Source: Antedon mediterranea
Taxonomy: Eukaryota; Animalia; Echinodermata
Reading direction: 5' to 3'
Length of the DNA stretch: 64,000 bases
Assembly (NCBI RefSeq): GCF_964355755.1
Contig: NC_092674.1
Location: 16,616,001 to 16,680,000, forward strand
Position numbers and translations under genes: made by a program. This document shows positions 13,455 to 25,454 of the stretch, one piece after another (position 1 is the stretch's first letter; each line of letters opens with the position of its first letter). Under the pieces are notes generated by a model. That model did no database searches and was not told the DNA's origin. It was given only the letters and a program-made list of their open reading frames with translations.

Positions 13455-13715
13455 TATAAATATATTTATATAACAGCCTTTTCATAAGTAACCATGCTCA
13501 AAAGCGCTTTATTCCAGTTGTTTTTGAATCAAAAACATATGGAAACATCTCCCATAATAATGCAGCTAGGAATCGGCGCAAAGTTGTGTCTTGATCTAGC
13601 CTGGTACCCATTTTATACACCTGGATGGGGAGAGGCAAATGTAAGTGCCTTGCCTAAGGATACAAGCAATGCGGCGAGAGTTGGATTTGATCGGTGTCCA
13701 ACACACTGCAACTCA
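13455..13715 (-). mobile_element. SINE fragment
   Basis: Minus strand reads ccttaggcaaggcactt...ccaggtgtataaaatgggtacc, a central domain typical of metazoan tRNA-SINEs, then an AT-rich tail. Confidence 0.55.
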
Positions 13716-13744
13716 TAAATCTACACAACTATAAAACAATAATA

Positions 13745-16700
13745 ACTAGATTTGAACTCGTCACTTTGATGAGTTCGGGTTATCCGCGCATACGCAACAT
13801 GCACATACTTTAAACTATATGAACCTCGACAATTATTATACCATCCTATGACATGAAATAAATATGTTTACAGTGCTGAATTGTACCTATTTTGTAGGTA
13901 TTTTTTCATCATATTACAGTATTTACAGAATACACTGTATGTTATACAGTGCAGCATAGACGGAATTTCGATACCCATCTTTTAAATCCAATTATTAACA
14001 CAATGACATCATCAAATTGACATAAAAATAACAATTTTAGAAGATAATTATCTAATTGATTACATTAATACAAATTTGAAGAATTTTGGGCACGTAAAAC
14101 TGAGATGCGCTCTCGTTTAAATGCAATGAACTTTTACGCAAGAGGTGAAAATATGACTTTTTGAATTCAACTGGCCATATGATGACGTCACAACATCTGA
14201 TTGACAAAATATTCACATGAATTCGTATCTACAATCCAATAGCTTCCAGAAAACGTTTTAATAATGATTATCACTTATAATTCTGACGAGCTATAACCGA
14301 TTGAAATTTACTGTAAAGATAAAAATAAGTGACCCACGTTATTTACATTTTTAGACATGATGACGTCATAAAAATTAAAATATCTTTAAGTCAGGCGAAA
14401 GATAGTTGATTGACGTAGACAATATTAAAATCTCGGGGAAAATGGAATATGTATAAGCGAGATGCGCTCTGTTGAATGTGATGCGCAATAACGAAAGAGA
14501 CAAAAATCCTATATTTTACATTCGTGTGGCCATATGACGACGTCATAACATCCGAGAGGTAAAGATTCTGCATGAATTCATATCTACAATTTATCTTCTT
14601 GCACAATAAGTTAAAAAAATTGTGGGTCACCTACGATCCTGAAGAGCTATAATAGATTCAAAATAGGCATTATTTTGACAATATTTTGTACCTTTTGCAA
14701 CTAAAACGTGCGCAAATGGTCTAAATCAACGTGCTCGTATGACCTGATTGTAAGTCTAAATTGTTTAAAAGTTGGTAAAATTACGAGAAAATGCTGAAAA
14801 AACATAAATCACGTGAAAAATATGTTTTTAACGTTGTGTAAAATATTTTGCGCACGGGGTAATTTTTTACATGCTCAAAATGTCATGATCAGCGTAGAAA
14901 GTTGATTAGAAATTATTTTTGCGCATTCAGAAATTTTAAATGCGCGTGTGCGCGTAACTTCTTGTAAAACATGCCATTTTTAATCCATAGAAAGTTTGAT
15001 CTTGATATGAATTAAATTTTCACCAAGTTTCAATACAAAATGACTTTTGGTTTTTAATCTATGATCAATCATTGAAATTCATAAAATCACGCGTAACTTA
15101 CGCTGCGCGACTCGAAAGTCATAAAACAAAGTTTCTTGCACATCTACAGCTACAGGTCAATCTTATGACAAAGTTATACAATCTTATGTTGACCAGAATT
15201 AGAGATACACGTGCAACAAAATTCCGGGAAAGAAATAAGAACTAGACATGAATCTCGTCATCTTTGACGAGTTAGTTATCCGCTCGACAAACGCCATGTG
15301 CACGTCATACGTTAGAATATTGCACACAGAAAAATATTAAGGCATTATGACCTGAACTGGAGAATATGATATGTTGTTATTTCTGAATTCTGTTATTTTG
15401 TGTCATATAGTATACACAGTACAATCTGTATACATATCACAAACAGTGTAAAATAGGTGAAATTACAGGACCCCTATTTTATTGTAATTTTTAACATCTT
15501 GACGGTTTCAAAATGAAATGCAAAAGTAGAAATTTCTGAATGAAATTATCTCAGTAACAACATATTAACGTGTAGAAGAAATTTAAATACGTGAAATATT
15601 GATGCGCGCTCTTTTAAATGTAATGAAATATAATGCAAAAGATGAAAATACGACTTTTTTTATTTAACTGGCCATATGATGACGTCACAACATTCGATTG
15701 GCACAATTTACACATGATTTTGTATCTACAATACAATAGCTTCCTGAAAACGTTTTAATCGTGATTATCACATTTTATTCTTACGAGCTATAACAGATTA
15801 AAATTTACTGTAAAGATGAAATTAATGACCAACGTAATTTAAATTTTTAGGCATGATGACGTTAAAAAAATTAAAAAATTTTTAATTCATGCAAAAGATA
15901 GTTGATTGTCCTAGAATATATTAAAATCGGGGTGAAAATGGACAACGAATAAGTGGAGATGCGCTCTATTAAATGTGATGAGCTATGACGAAAGAGACAA
16001 AAATCCTATATTTTATATTCGCGTGGCCATACGATGACGTCACAATGTCCGGTTAGCCATATTAATGCATGATCCGATATCTACAACTCATCAACTTCCA
16101 GAATATGTAATTAAAAAAAAGTTCTCCATGTAGTTTAGAATCTATGACTGTTTAAAAATAGGCATAATTTTGACGAATTTTTGAACTTTTTCACCAAAAA
16201 CGCGTGCAAATTATCTAATTCGACGTGCTCGTATGACGTAATTTTAAGTCGAAATTGTTTAAAGTTTGGTAACATTACTAGAAAAGGCTGAAATAATAAA
16301 TCACGCGGAAAAAATATGTTTTTAACGCTACGTGTGCACCGCGTGCGTAAAAATTTTTCGCGCGTGTGGGAATTTTTGACATGCTCAAAATGACATGAAA
16401 CGCATAGAAAGTTGATTAGAAGTTGATTTTTCGCATTCTAAAATTTTAAACGCGCGTGCGCGCATAACTTTTTGTGAAACATGCTATTTTTAATCCATAG
16501 AAAGTTTGCGCTTTATATGACTTAAATTTTCACAAAGTGTCAAAACAAAATTATGTTTGGTTTTTAGTCTATGATCAATCATTGAAATTCATAAAATCGC
16601 GCATAAGTCACGTTGCGCAACTATGACATCATTCAAAAATAGGAGGTGCACAAGTTCACGTAAATGTCGATATGTTGACAAAGTTACGATATGTTCTGTT

Positions 16701-19700
16701 TACACGTTTTAGAGAAACGCGACGCACAAAAATGACAGAAGGAAAGAAGTATAATACAGACTAGATTTGAACTCGTCACTACGTACAAGTTAGGTTATCC
16801 GCAGCGCAAAAGCCACGCGCACGATATAAGTTAGAATATTGCGCGTAGAAAAACGATTATGCCATTTAAAAAATGTTAGTGCGCTCTCTATTTTGTGTCA
16901 CGTCTGAGTATATACGGTATACACATAATACTGTATACGTACTACATACAGTGCAGAATAGGTGAAAATAAGTGACCAAAGTTATTGACGCTTTTGGACA
17001 TGATGACGTCATAACAATTTTAAAAATGGTGAATCATTCGAAAGATAATTGATTGACCTAGGCAATATATAAAAATGGGGGAAAATGGAATACGGATAAG
17101 TAGAGATGCGCTCTATTAAAGGTGATGAGCTATGACGAAAGAGACAAAAATCCTATATTTGATATTCGTGTGGCCATACGATGACGTCACAATGTCCGGT
17201 TAGCCAAATGGATGCATCATTCTATATCTACAACTCATTTACATTCAGAATATGTAATTTTAAAAAAGTTCACCACGTAGTTTAGAATCTATGACTGTTT
17301 AAAAAAAGGCATAATTTTGACAAATTTTTGAACTTTTTCATCAAAAATGCGCGTAAATTGTTTAATTCTACATGCTCGTATGACGTGATTTTAAGTCGAA
17401 ATTGTTTGAAAGTTGGTAAATTTACTAAAAAAGACAGGAAAAACAAAAATCAAGCAAAAAAATGATATTTTTGCGCTACGTGCGCACGCGCGCGTAAAAA
17501 AAATGCGCACGCGTGGGAATTTTTGAAATGCTCAAAATTATATGAAACGCGTAGAAAGTTGATTAGAAATTGATTTTTCGCATTTTGAAATTTCAAACGC
17601 GCGTGCGCGCGTAACTTTTTGTGAAACATGCCATTTTTAATCCATAGAAAGTTTCCGCATGATATCACTTAAGTTTTCACAAAGTGTCAATACAAAATGA
17701 CGATTAGTTTTTATTCTATGATCAATCAATGAAATTCATAAAATCGCGCGTAACTTACGCTGCGCAACTCGAAATTCAAAAAAAAAAGTTTCTTGCACAT
17801 CTACAGCTACAGGGCAATCTTTTGACAAAGTTATACAATCATATGTGTCCAGAATTAGAGATACGCTGCGAACAAAAATCGTGGAAAGAAAGAAGAACAT
17901 GGAAAAAAAAAAAGATCCTGACAATAACAAGGGGTTATCCGCCAAGTGCGGATAACCAAAAAGAAAAAAAAATATGATGAAACAGGATGATTACAAGGAG
18001 TTATCCGCTACTAAGCGGATAACTAATAAGATAGAACTAGATTTTTTTTTTTCTCAACTTTCTATCATCTAAAAGTCGTAGTTAGTCATGCCTCGGGTCA
18101 CATTCTATGGTCACCGTACAGGTACAGTAGGCTACTACATTAGTACTTCTATGAATGGATGACTAGCCGGTGACAATAACGCTAGTTGGTCATACCCAGT
18201 ACCGTTTTGATTTTACGATCATTCGGGAAACCACCTCACGACAAAATATTCACATCAATTCATATCTAAAATGCAATAGCTTCCAGAAACCGTTTTAATC
18301 ATGATTATCACTTTTTAATCTGACGAACTATAACAGATTGAAATTTACTGTAAAGATGAAAATAAGTGACCCAAGTTATTTACGTTTTTAGACATGATGA
18401 CGTCATACAAATTAAAATATTTTTAATTCATGCGAAAGATAGTTGATTGACGTAGACAATATTACAATTTCGGGAGAAATGGAATACGTATAAGCGAGAT
18501 GCGCTTTGTTGAATGTGATGAGCAATAACGAAAGAGTAAAAAATCCTATATTTTACATTCGTGTGGCCATACGATGACGTCATAACATCCGAGTGGTAAA
18601 GATTCTGCATGAATTAATATCTACAACCTATCTACTTACATATAAAATTTAAAAAATTGGGGGTCGTGGATGATCCTGAGGAGCTATAATAGATTCAAAA
18701 TTGGCATTATTTTGACAATATTTATAACTTTTTCAACTAAAACGTGCGCAAATGGTATAAATCAACGTGTTCGTATGACGTCATGTTTTAATTTCAACAG
18801 TCGAGCAGCAAAGTGCTCATTTAACCGTTAAAACGCTGTTTTTTAACTGCGCAGGTCACTGAGCATCGCCAAGTTATAGTGACTTCCGGTTCGCTTTTCA
18901 CTTCGCGGCAAGCATTTTGCATAGGAATACCCTTACAAATCTGCTGCAATTTCCACCATCCGGGTTAAATTATATCTTTCTATATTTGGAAATTGTTACT
19001 CCTAATATGGAAGATTATTCCCGCCACAAAATTTTGGTATAAATAGCCCAGGAAAGGACGACAGAGCTTATTGAAGAAAAAAGTGCAGATGGAGGTGTTC
19101 GTTGAGGTAGGCTACATGATTTATTTGTTTGGTTTCGTAGGGAATCCGGCACTTTTCTCATCAGCACGGAACCTTTATAAAAACTTAGTGGTTGGTTATT
19201 AGGTTATTAATCTATCTTTTCTGAAAGTTTAAGCTTGGTTCAGCTTGTGGGACGGATTCAATATCCGTTCAAAGCTGGGGATATATTCTAAGCAGACTCC
19301 ATCTTGGATTCGTATGTTTAGTACAGGCCGTGTGGTTGAGTAATTTCAATCCTTCAAAATCACTATGTGCAATCCGTTTTTAAACCAGTTAATATACCAA
19401 AATATGTTATTAGTAGCTTTATTATTTTGGATTTGGTGCTAGTTTGGTAAATATTGCAATATAATTGTAGATTATTTGGTTGTAAAAAAATGTACCCAAC
19501 TTGTAGTATTATCTAGGCCTAGGCTAGGCCTAGCCCATTTGATGGAAACCCAGTGCTATTTGTAGGCGGATAGAGAGGGCCGCAGGCTAGTTTTTAGTGG
19601 CATATCGCCGACTTATTATAATCAATATGAAGCCATATTATTATTATGTTTAAAATGTTGAATCTATATCCACTGGATTATGGATATATATCGTCAGATA

Positions 19701-21732
19701 TTTAAAGAAAGGCCTAGGCCTAGACCTTTTTATTTAATTAATTTAGGACTATATTACGGGAAATTCTTTGCCAAAGAAAAGAAAATACGTTGTGGCTGTT
19801 GGAGGTTTGTAAATATATGACAATAATGTAGCCTAGCTAGGCTAGGAAGGACTGTAGGTAGGATGAGGTAATTTGGATGGTTGTACATATGATATTTATA
19901 TATACAGTATTGTGTATAGTAGTGATCATGGCGACAAAATTTAGGATGACTAAAGTTGACATTAAAATTATTTAACTATGAATAGCTCATTATTGGTGTT
20001 TTTTTTTTCTTTCAGGTTTCTAAGAATAAACTATCAGACTTGTGATTCATCTTGTGCTGCAAAAACAATCCTATTTTGATATTTGTAAATTGATGTACGT
20101 AACAGATGTCTTTAAAAATAAAAAAAAAATAAAAATTTTTATTATCGCGATGATTTAACTCAAATATTGACATATATAACTTGATATTTTAGCCTGAGCA
20201 AGATAGTTTGATAGGCATATTTTACTTCGATGTAAATATGATATTACATGTTATACTGTATGTAAAATACTTTTTTGTAAATAAAATTATTTAATGGTGG
20301 TTAATTTATTAACTTGTTAATTTTTTATGTTTGTTTTGTTTTAGTTATGATGTTATACTATTAATTATTTAGTTAGTAACCAAAGTGGAGTGGATTCGTG
20401 GCAGTTGCAACTTGACTGTAATATGCATATAGATAATAATATTTACTTCTTCTTGGATAAAGTTAAAGCAAAATAAGCAATAATAAAAATTAAATATTTA
20501 TTTTGCCATAAAGAAAGCAAAAACTAAACATACAGTACTACTATTATTATGTACAGTAATACCATGGACCTATAGGTCCATAGTAATACATACTGTAGTA
20601 TTGAGCACCAGTAGCAGAGACGTCTGGACAATCGAATATAATCGTTATCAGCTGTCTGGGTACCCAAGGCTAGTGCTAGAAAATGGCGAAAATTCGTGTA
20701 TTCATTCGCCGTCAGCGAAATGAATCCGGCACTTTTCTCATCAGAAGCAAATCAACAAATCCTTTTATCAGTTTGTTTTGATATATAATCTGGATAATAT
20801 ATATTAAAATGGCCTTGGTTCAAGCATGTTTAACAGGTAAAATCAGATTTTTTCCTACCTAGGCCCCTTAGCACTGCGGTACCATACGCCGTGTGGGGGA
20901 ACCGATCTCGGCAGTATTTCTTAAGTAGCCTATCTTTCGTAAAATCCTTAGTTGAATTTTATTAATATAAATTTAATTGTATGAATATGCTATTTAAATG
21001 TTATTGACATTTTTTTTTGCTGCATTTTGTAATTCCGCACTACTTGCTTTATCGCGATTCCAAGATGGCGGCAATTCAAATTTTGATTTGGTAATAATTC
21101 GCGAGGTCAACCACTTTGCTGCCCGACTGTCAAATGATGTCAATCTTTTTTAAAATGACTAGGAAAGGTTGGAAAATCATAATTCAAGAGAAAAAAACAT
21201 GATTTTCATGCTCCGCGCGGGAATTTTTGACATGCTCAAAATGTCATGATCAGCGTAGAAAGTTGATTAGAAATAAATTTTGCGCATTTTGAAACGTTAA
21301 ATGCGTGTGCGCGCGTAACTTCTTGTGAAACATGCCATTTTTAATCCATAGAAATTTGCCCTTGATATGACTTAAATTTTCACCAAGTGTCATACAAAAT
21401 GACTTTTGGTTTATAATCTATGACCAATCATTGAAATTCATAAAATCGCGCGTAACTTGCGCTACGCAACTCTAACTAACGTCATATAACAAAGTTTCCT
21501 GCACATCTACAGCTACAGGTCAATATTATGACAAAGTTATACAATCTTATGTTGACAAGGATGAGAGAAATGCATGCAACAAAATTCCGGGAAAGAAAGA
21601 ACAAAGAAGATGAAAAAAAAAAGATCTTTACAATAACAAGGGTTATCCGCAATACCTTACAGTTGCGGATAACCAAAAAAAAAGAAAAGATCCTGACAAT
21701 AACAAGGGGTTATCCGCCAAGTGCGGATAACC
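13745..21732 (-). mobile_element. HINE family 1 nested stack (about 4 copies)
   Basis: Heads at 13745, 15241, 16760 and (truncated) 18036. GTTATCCGC hairpin tails at 17933, 17999, 21641 and 21708. Internal subrepeats contain tggccata(t/c)gatgacgtca. Confidence 0.8.
18798..21129. mobile_element. 2.3-kb TIR element with 4-bp TSD, superfamily unassigned
   Basis: tcaa|cagtcgagcagcaaagtg ... cactttgctgcccgactg|tcaa; it interrupts a HINE body. Confidence 0.8.
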
Positions 21733-21974
21733 AATTATTAATATTCTATACTAATAATTATTGAATACGCTGTACATATTTTAAAATAACTTAGAGGGCG
21801 CTATTAATTTTAATTAATTAAAGAATAATAGAATATCTCAAAAGTCGATTAGAGTTTCTTCACATTTAATAATTTCTTTTCGTTTGTACGGTAATATTTA
21901 GTATACTTACTTTAAGCATAGTTTACTTCAACCTTTTTGAACTTTTTCCATGCTTCTTAAGATGTTTTAAAGAG

Positions 21975-22672
21975 GTAATAGTAAAGAAAGGACACCAGAG
22001 ACTTTATCTGTTAAGAAAGCTGAACAATTTTAATGTCGATAAAGTAATTCTTCGGGTAGCTTTAGTATCTAAGGCCAACAGTTTTGCGAATTTGTAAACT
22101 TGGCTATAATTTATAGGTCCCAGCTGCTGGACCCAAAATATGTCTGGGAAAAGAGAGTCTATGAGGGCTCACGGTTAAACGATTTTGGATTCTCGCCCTT
22201 TGATTGGTTGACGCGAATCAACAGACTGGAAGAATGTTCTCACTTGTGTACCACCGTGAAGTCACGTTGTCTCTAGGGTATTCAGTTGCATGCCTTCAGT
22301 ACAGGTTGAGGCCACACACAAACAGGCTACAGCACATTAAAGTTCAAAATTGACCATTTTTAAATGCCATTTTTTAATTAGTAGATTTATTTCTTGTTTA
22401 GTCTTAGGGTCAAAGAGAGAAACTCACTACAAAGAATTGTTAACTTAAGTTCTAAATTAATAGGTTGTCAACTTCATAGCTTATCTTCTTTCTGTGACAA
22501 TGACATGCAAACTCTGGAAAAAAGTAGAGCTATTCTAAAAAATGTTAACCATGCGTTGTTCAGTGATTTCGAGCTCATGCCTCATGAGCGTCACTTTCGA
22601 TGCCCGACATGTAGAACAAACCGGAGAAGAAATTCGTTTTTGGCAGTGGCCATCCGACTCTTAAATTCTTGA
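21975..22672 (+). pseudogene. Interrupted 3' fragment of a Rex1/Babar-like LINE
   Basis: KGHQRLYLLRKLNNFNVDKVIL at ~21988, then LQRIVNLSSKLIG...CRTNRRRNSFLAVAIRLLN*, typical of a LINE ORF2 C-terminus. Confidence 0.65.
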
Positions 22673-22951
22673 ACTTTGACTCTTGTAATATAATACTGTG
22701 TATTGTGATATTTTGTAAGATCATTTTAATCCAGACCTTTTTATTTGAATTGCCCCGTGTGGGATGATTAAAGAATTTTGAATGGAATTGAATTAGATAA
22801 GCGATTTTAAAGGCCCGGCCCGGTTTTGGCCTCACCGCACCTGTTATGGCTGTTGATTACAGCAAAAATTGGTCAGCCCAACTTGCAGTTTAAAAACTGA
22901 ATGGCAAAAAAACAGTTTTAAAGACATGACAAATTAAAATTGTAATTATAG

Positions 22952-24966
22952 TAGGTATCCCAATGAAAGCGCACAGAGGGGTATCACTTTTGAAATATTG
23001 ACGAAATTCGAAAAAGTAGTACGACTTTGATGTTAAATAAATCGTATTCAATCTTAATTAATACTTACAAAATTTATATTGTTTGAAAGTACTTGTTTTA
23101 ATCTATGTATAAGTGTGTTTATAATTAAAATTAATGAATTAGTTGCCGAGAAAATGCGATTTTAAAACGGTTCTAAAATCCAGTCGAGCCGATTTCCGCG
23201 CGTTGAAAACCTCATCGGAAAATCCCCATCAGTTTTCAAAACACGATCGCACGATTACCATTGGAGCTAGCGGATTAATTTTTGTTGTATGTTATCAGGC
23301 TTTAAATAAGCTTTAATTTGATACGAAAATCGTCTTCTATAAATAGGTTTTTCGTAACGAAAAGTCAATTTTTGTGACAAAAATCCAATTTTGATTCACC
23401 GTTTATGGAAAAATATTATGGATTTTGGTATTAAATTATAGCTAAATCTACATTGAAATCGATAAAACATAGTTTACAAACGTATTGTGCATGGTAATTG
23501 TGCGAACTACATTTTAAAATGGTGCATGAGGCGTAAATCCCGTTCAAAATTTTAAAGATCCAACCATTATAATCCGGTGAATATTGTAGTGAGTAAAATA
23601 TTGTACTCTAAAATACGCGCGTGTTTGTTGTGGCGTTTTCCGTTAAATACATTAATGCACCCTATCAGCGAATGGTACGTTCCATATTTTGAACACGTTG
23701 TTTAGTTTTCCTCGCTCGAGTTCGACCGGCTCGACGCGAGATGTGTGACAGCAGCGATGTCGGAGATTGACATGTCTTTTTCCGTCGTAGAATATCTGGT
23801 TTTACACATTAATTTAACAACTTAAAATTGATGTAATGTGCGGAAGATTTATTATGCAAGTATACAATGCAAATGCGTTAGGTTAAAATGTACCGAAGAC
23901 ATTTATTAAGCTAATTTACCAACGTTACATTTGACTCTGTATACGGCGGTCGAAAGTCATTAACTGCGACCGAAATACTTTAACGGTCGCGACTACTGAT
24001 CGCGAGTAAGCCGTGACTTGGCCTAAACTTTAGCTCCGTATTTCAATTTAATAACGTAATAATAGGAAAAGAAAACAATTTTTATAATGTTATATATACT
24101 ATTCAGGTAAACAATTAATTGTTTTAATTAACATTGATTATTTTAAATGAGTTTATTTTGACCCATATTGTGCGTTTGCCTTAAAAGAGCATATCTTACT
24201 TAGCAGCCCGGCTTAGATTTGGTGTCATAATCATACGGGCCTAAAATCTTGTTTTACGTATTCAAAAGTTATATATAATAGTATTTATGATTGAAATTAT
24301 AAATATAAAGTATATTAAAATATTCTAATAATTATACTTACCGAAAATTAGTGTAAAAGAAAGGAAACAGTACACACCGTTTTTAACATACTTTTTCATT
24401 TTTTTTTTTTATAATTTTAAATTTCACCATTAAAAATTTTTGTTTTTTCATATACACATCTAAAATATATTTATTAATGAAATATACACTACATTCTAAC
24501 AAGTACAAAAAAAATTAAATGAATTAGTACAGTAGTTCAAAAGTTACAGATCATTGAAAAATTGCAGTTTTTTCATATTTTAGGGAATTCCAGCAAAAAT
24601 GGGTGCTAAATGCTTTCCTACCACTTTGCGGACCAATAATTTAAAAAATAGGTTTCGTTGAGGCTCCAAAAAAAATAGAGTTGTACAACTCTGTGATATC
24701 TATAGGTTTAACAAAATTCAAAACTTTTAACTAATTATTGTAAAAGTTATAACCTTTTAAAAATGCTTCCAATTTCAACTGCAAAAAACACCATTTTTAG
24801 GCAAAAAATCGTATATTTTTTTACCACTTTAAATAACCATAACTTTAGAACGGGTAATCGGATTTCAATCATTTAAATTGCAAAATGCTAATTACATTAA
24901 GTTCTTTATGGTTAACTGAAAGAAAAAGTAAAAAAATTAATTTGAATTTTTTCATTGGGATACCTA
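22952..24966. mobile_element. 2.0-kb non-autonomous TIR element, copy 2, inverted relative to copy 1
   Basis: attatag|taggtatcccaatgaaa ... tttcattgggataccta|attatag. Near-identical reverse complement of 10279-12299. Confidence 0.9.
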
Positions 24967-25065
24967 ATTATAGTCTTATAAAATATTTGGCAATATCAAT
25001 TTGGTTCATATTTCGGCATTATTAGTTTAGTGTATGCATTTGTTCCTGCTGTAAAGCTTTATTCT

Positions 25066-25454
25066 GGGGAGGATTGCTATAAAACAGTCTTAAATTCCCT
25101 GATTACAGCTGGGTTAATCATATAGATGGTCTTAATAAAGCCACCTGTTAGACCATTGCTATAAAACAGTCTTAGATAAGACAGTGTAAAATAACAAATT
25201 GAGGGCGTAATGTAGGTCATGCTTGTTCAAATTACAATCAAACGGTATGTACATTTCTAAGCGAGAAAATCTATTCTAGGCCTATTTAATTATAAGAATA
25301 AAATCACCATTATTATTTGATTTTACACTTAAATAATACGTAAAAGCAACAAAAAGAGAGGTTTAAGACTCATTTGAGTAGGCCACTTACAGGTTAGACT
25401 ACGTCACAAATTATAGCCGGCTAAGTGCTAAGACTGTTTATAGCAATCCGCCCC
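25066..25454. mobile_element. MITE (gggg(a/c)ggattgctataaa TIR)
   Basis: ggggaggattgctataaaacagtctt ... aagactgtttatagcaatccgcccc. An interrupted sister copy lies at 33331-35434. Confidence 0.75.

Noticed and set aside
17933-18024. Rho-independent terminators
   Set aside because: The hairpins are HINE subterminal inverted repeats in a eukaryotic intron.
14391-21764. Recurrent similar short ORFs (MQNLY..., ...TITRGYPPSADNQ) as a peptide gene family
   Set aside because: The similarity comes from repeated non-coding HINE copies; frames are not preserved among copies.
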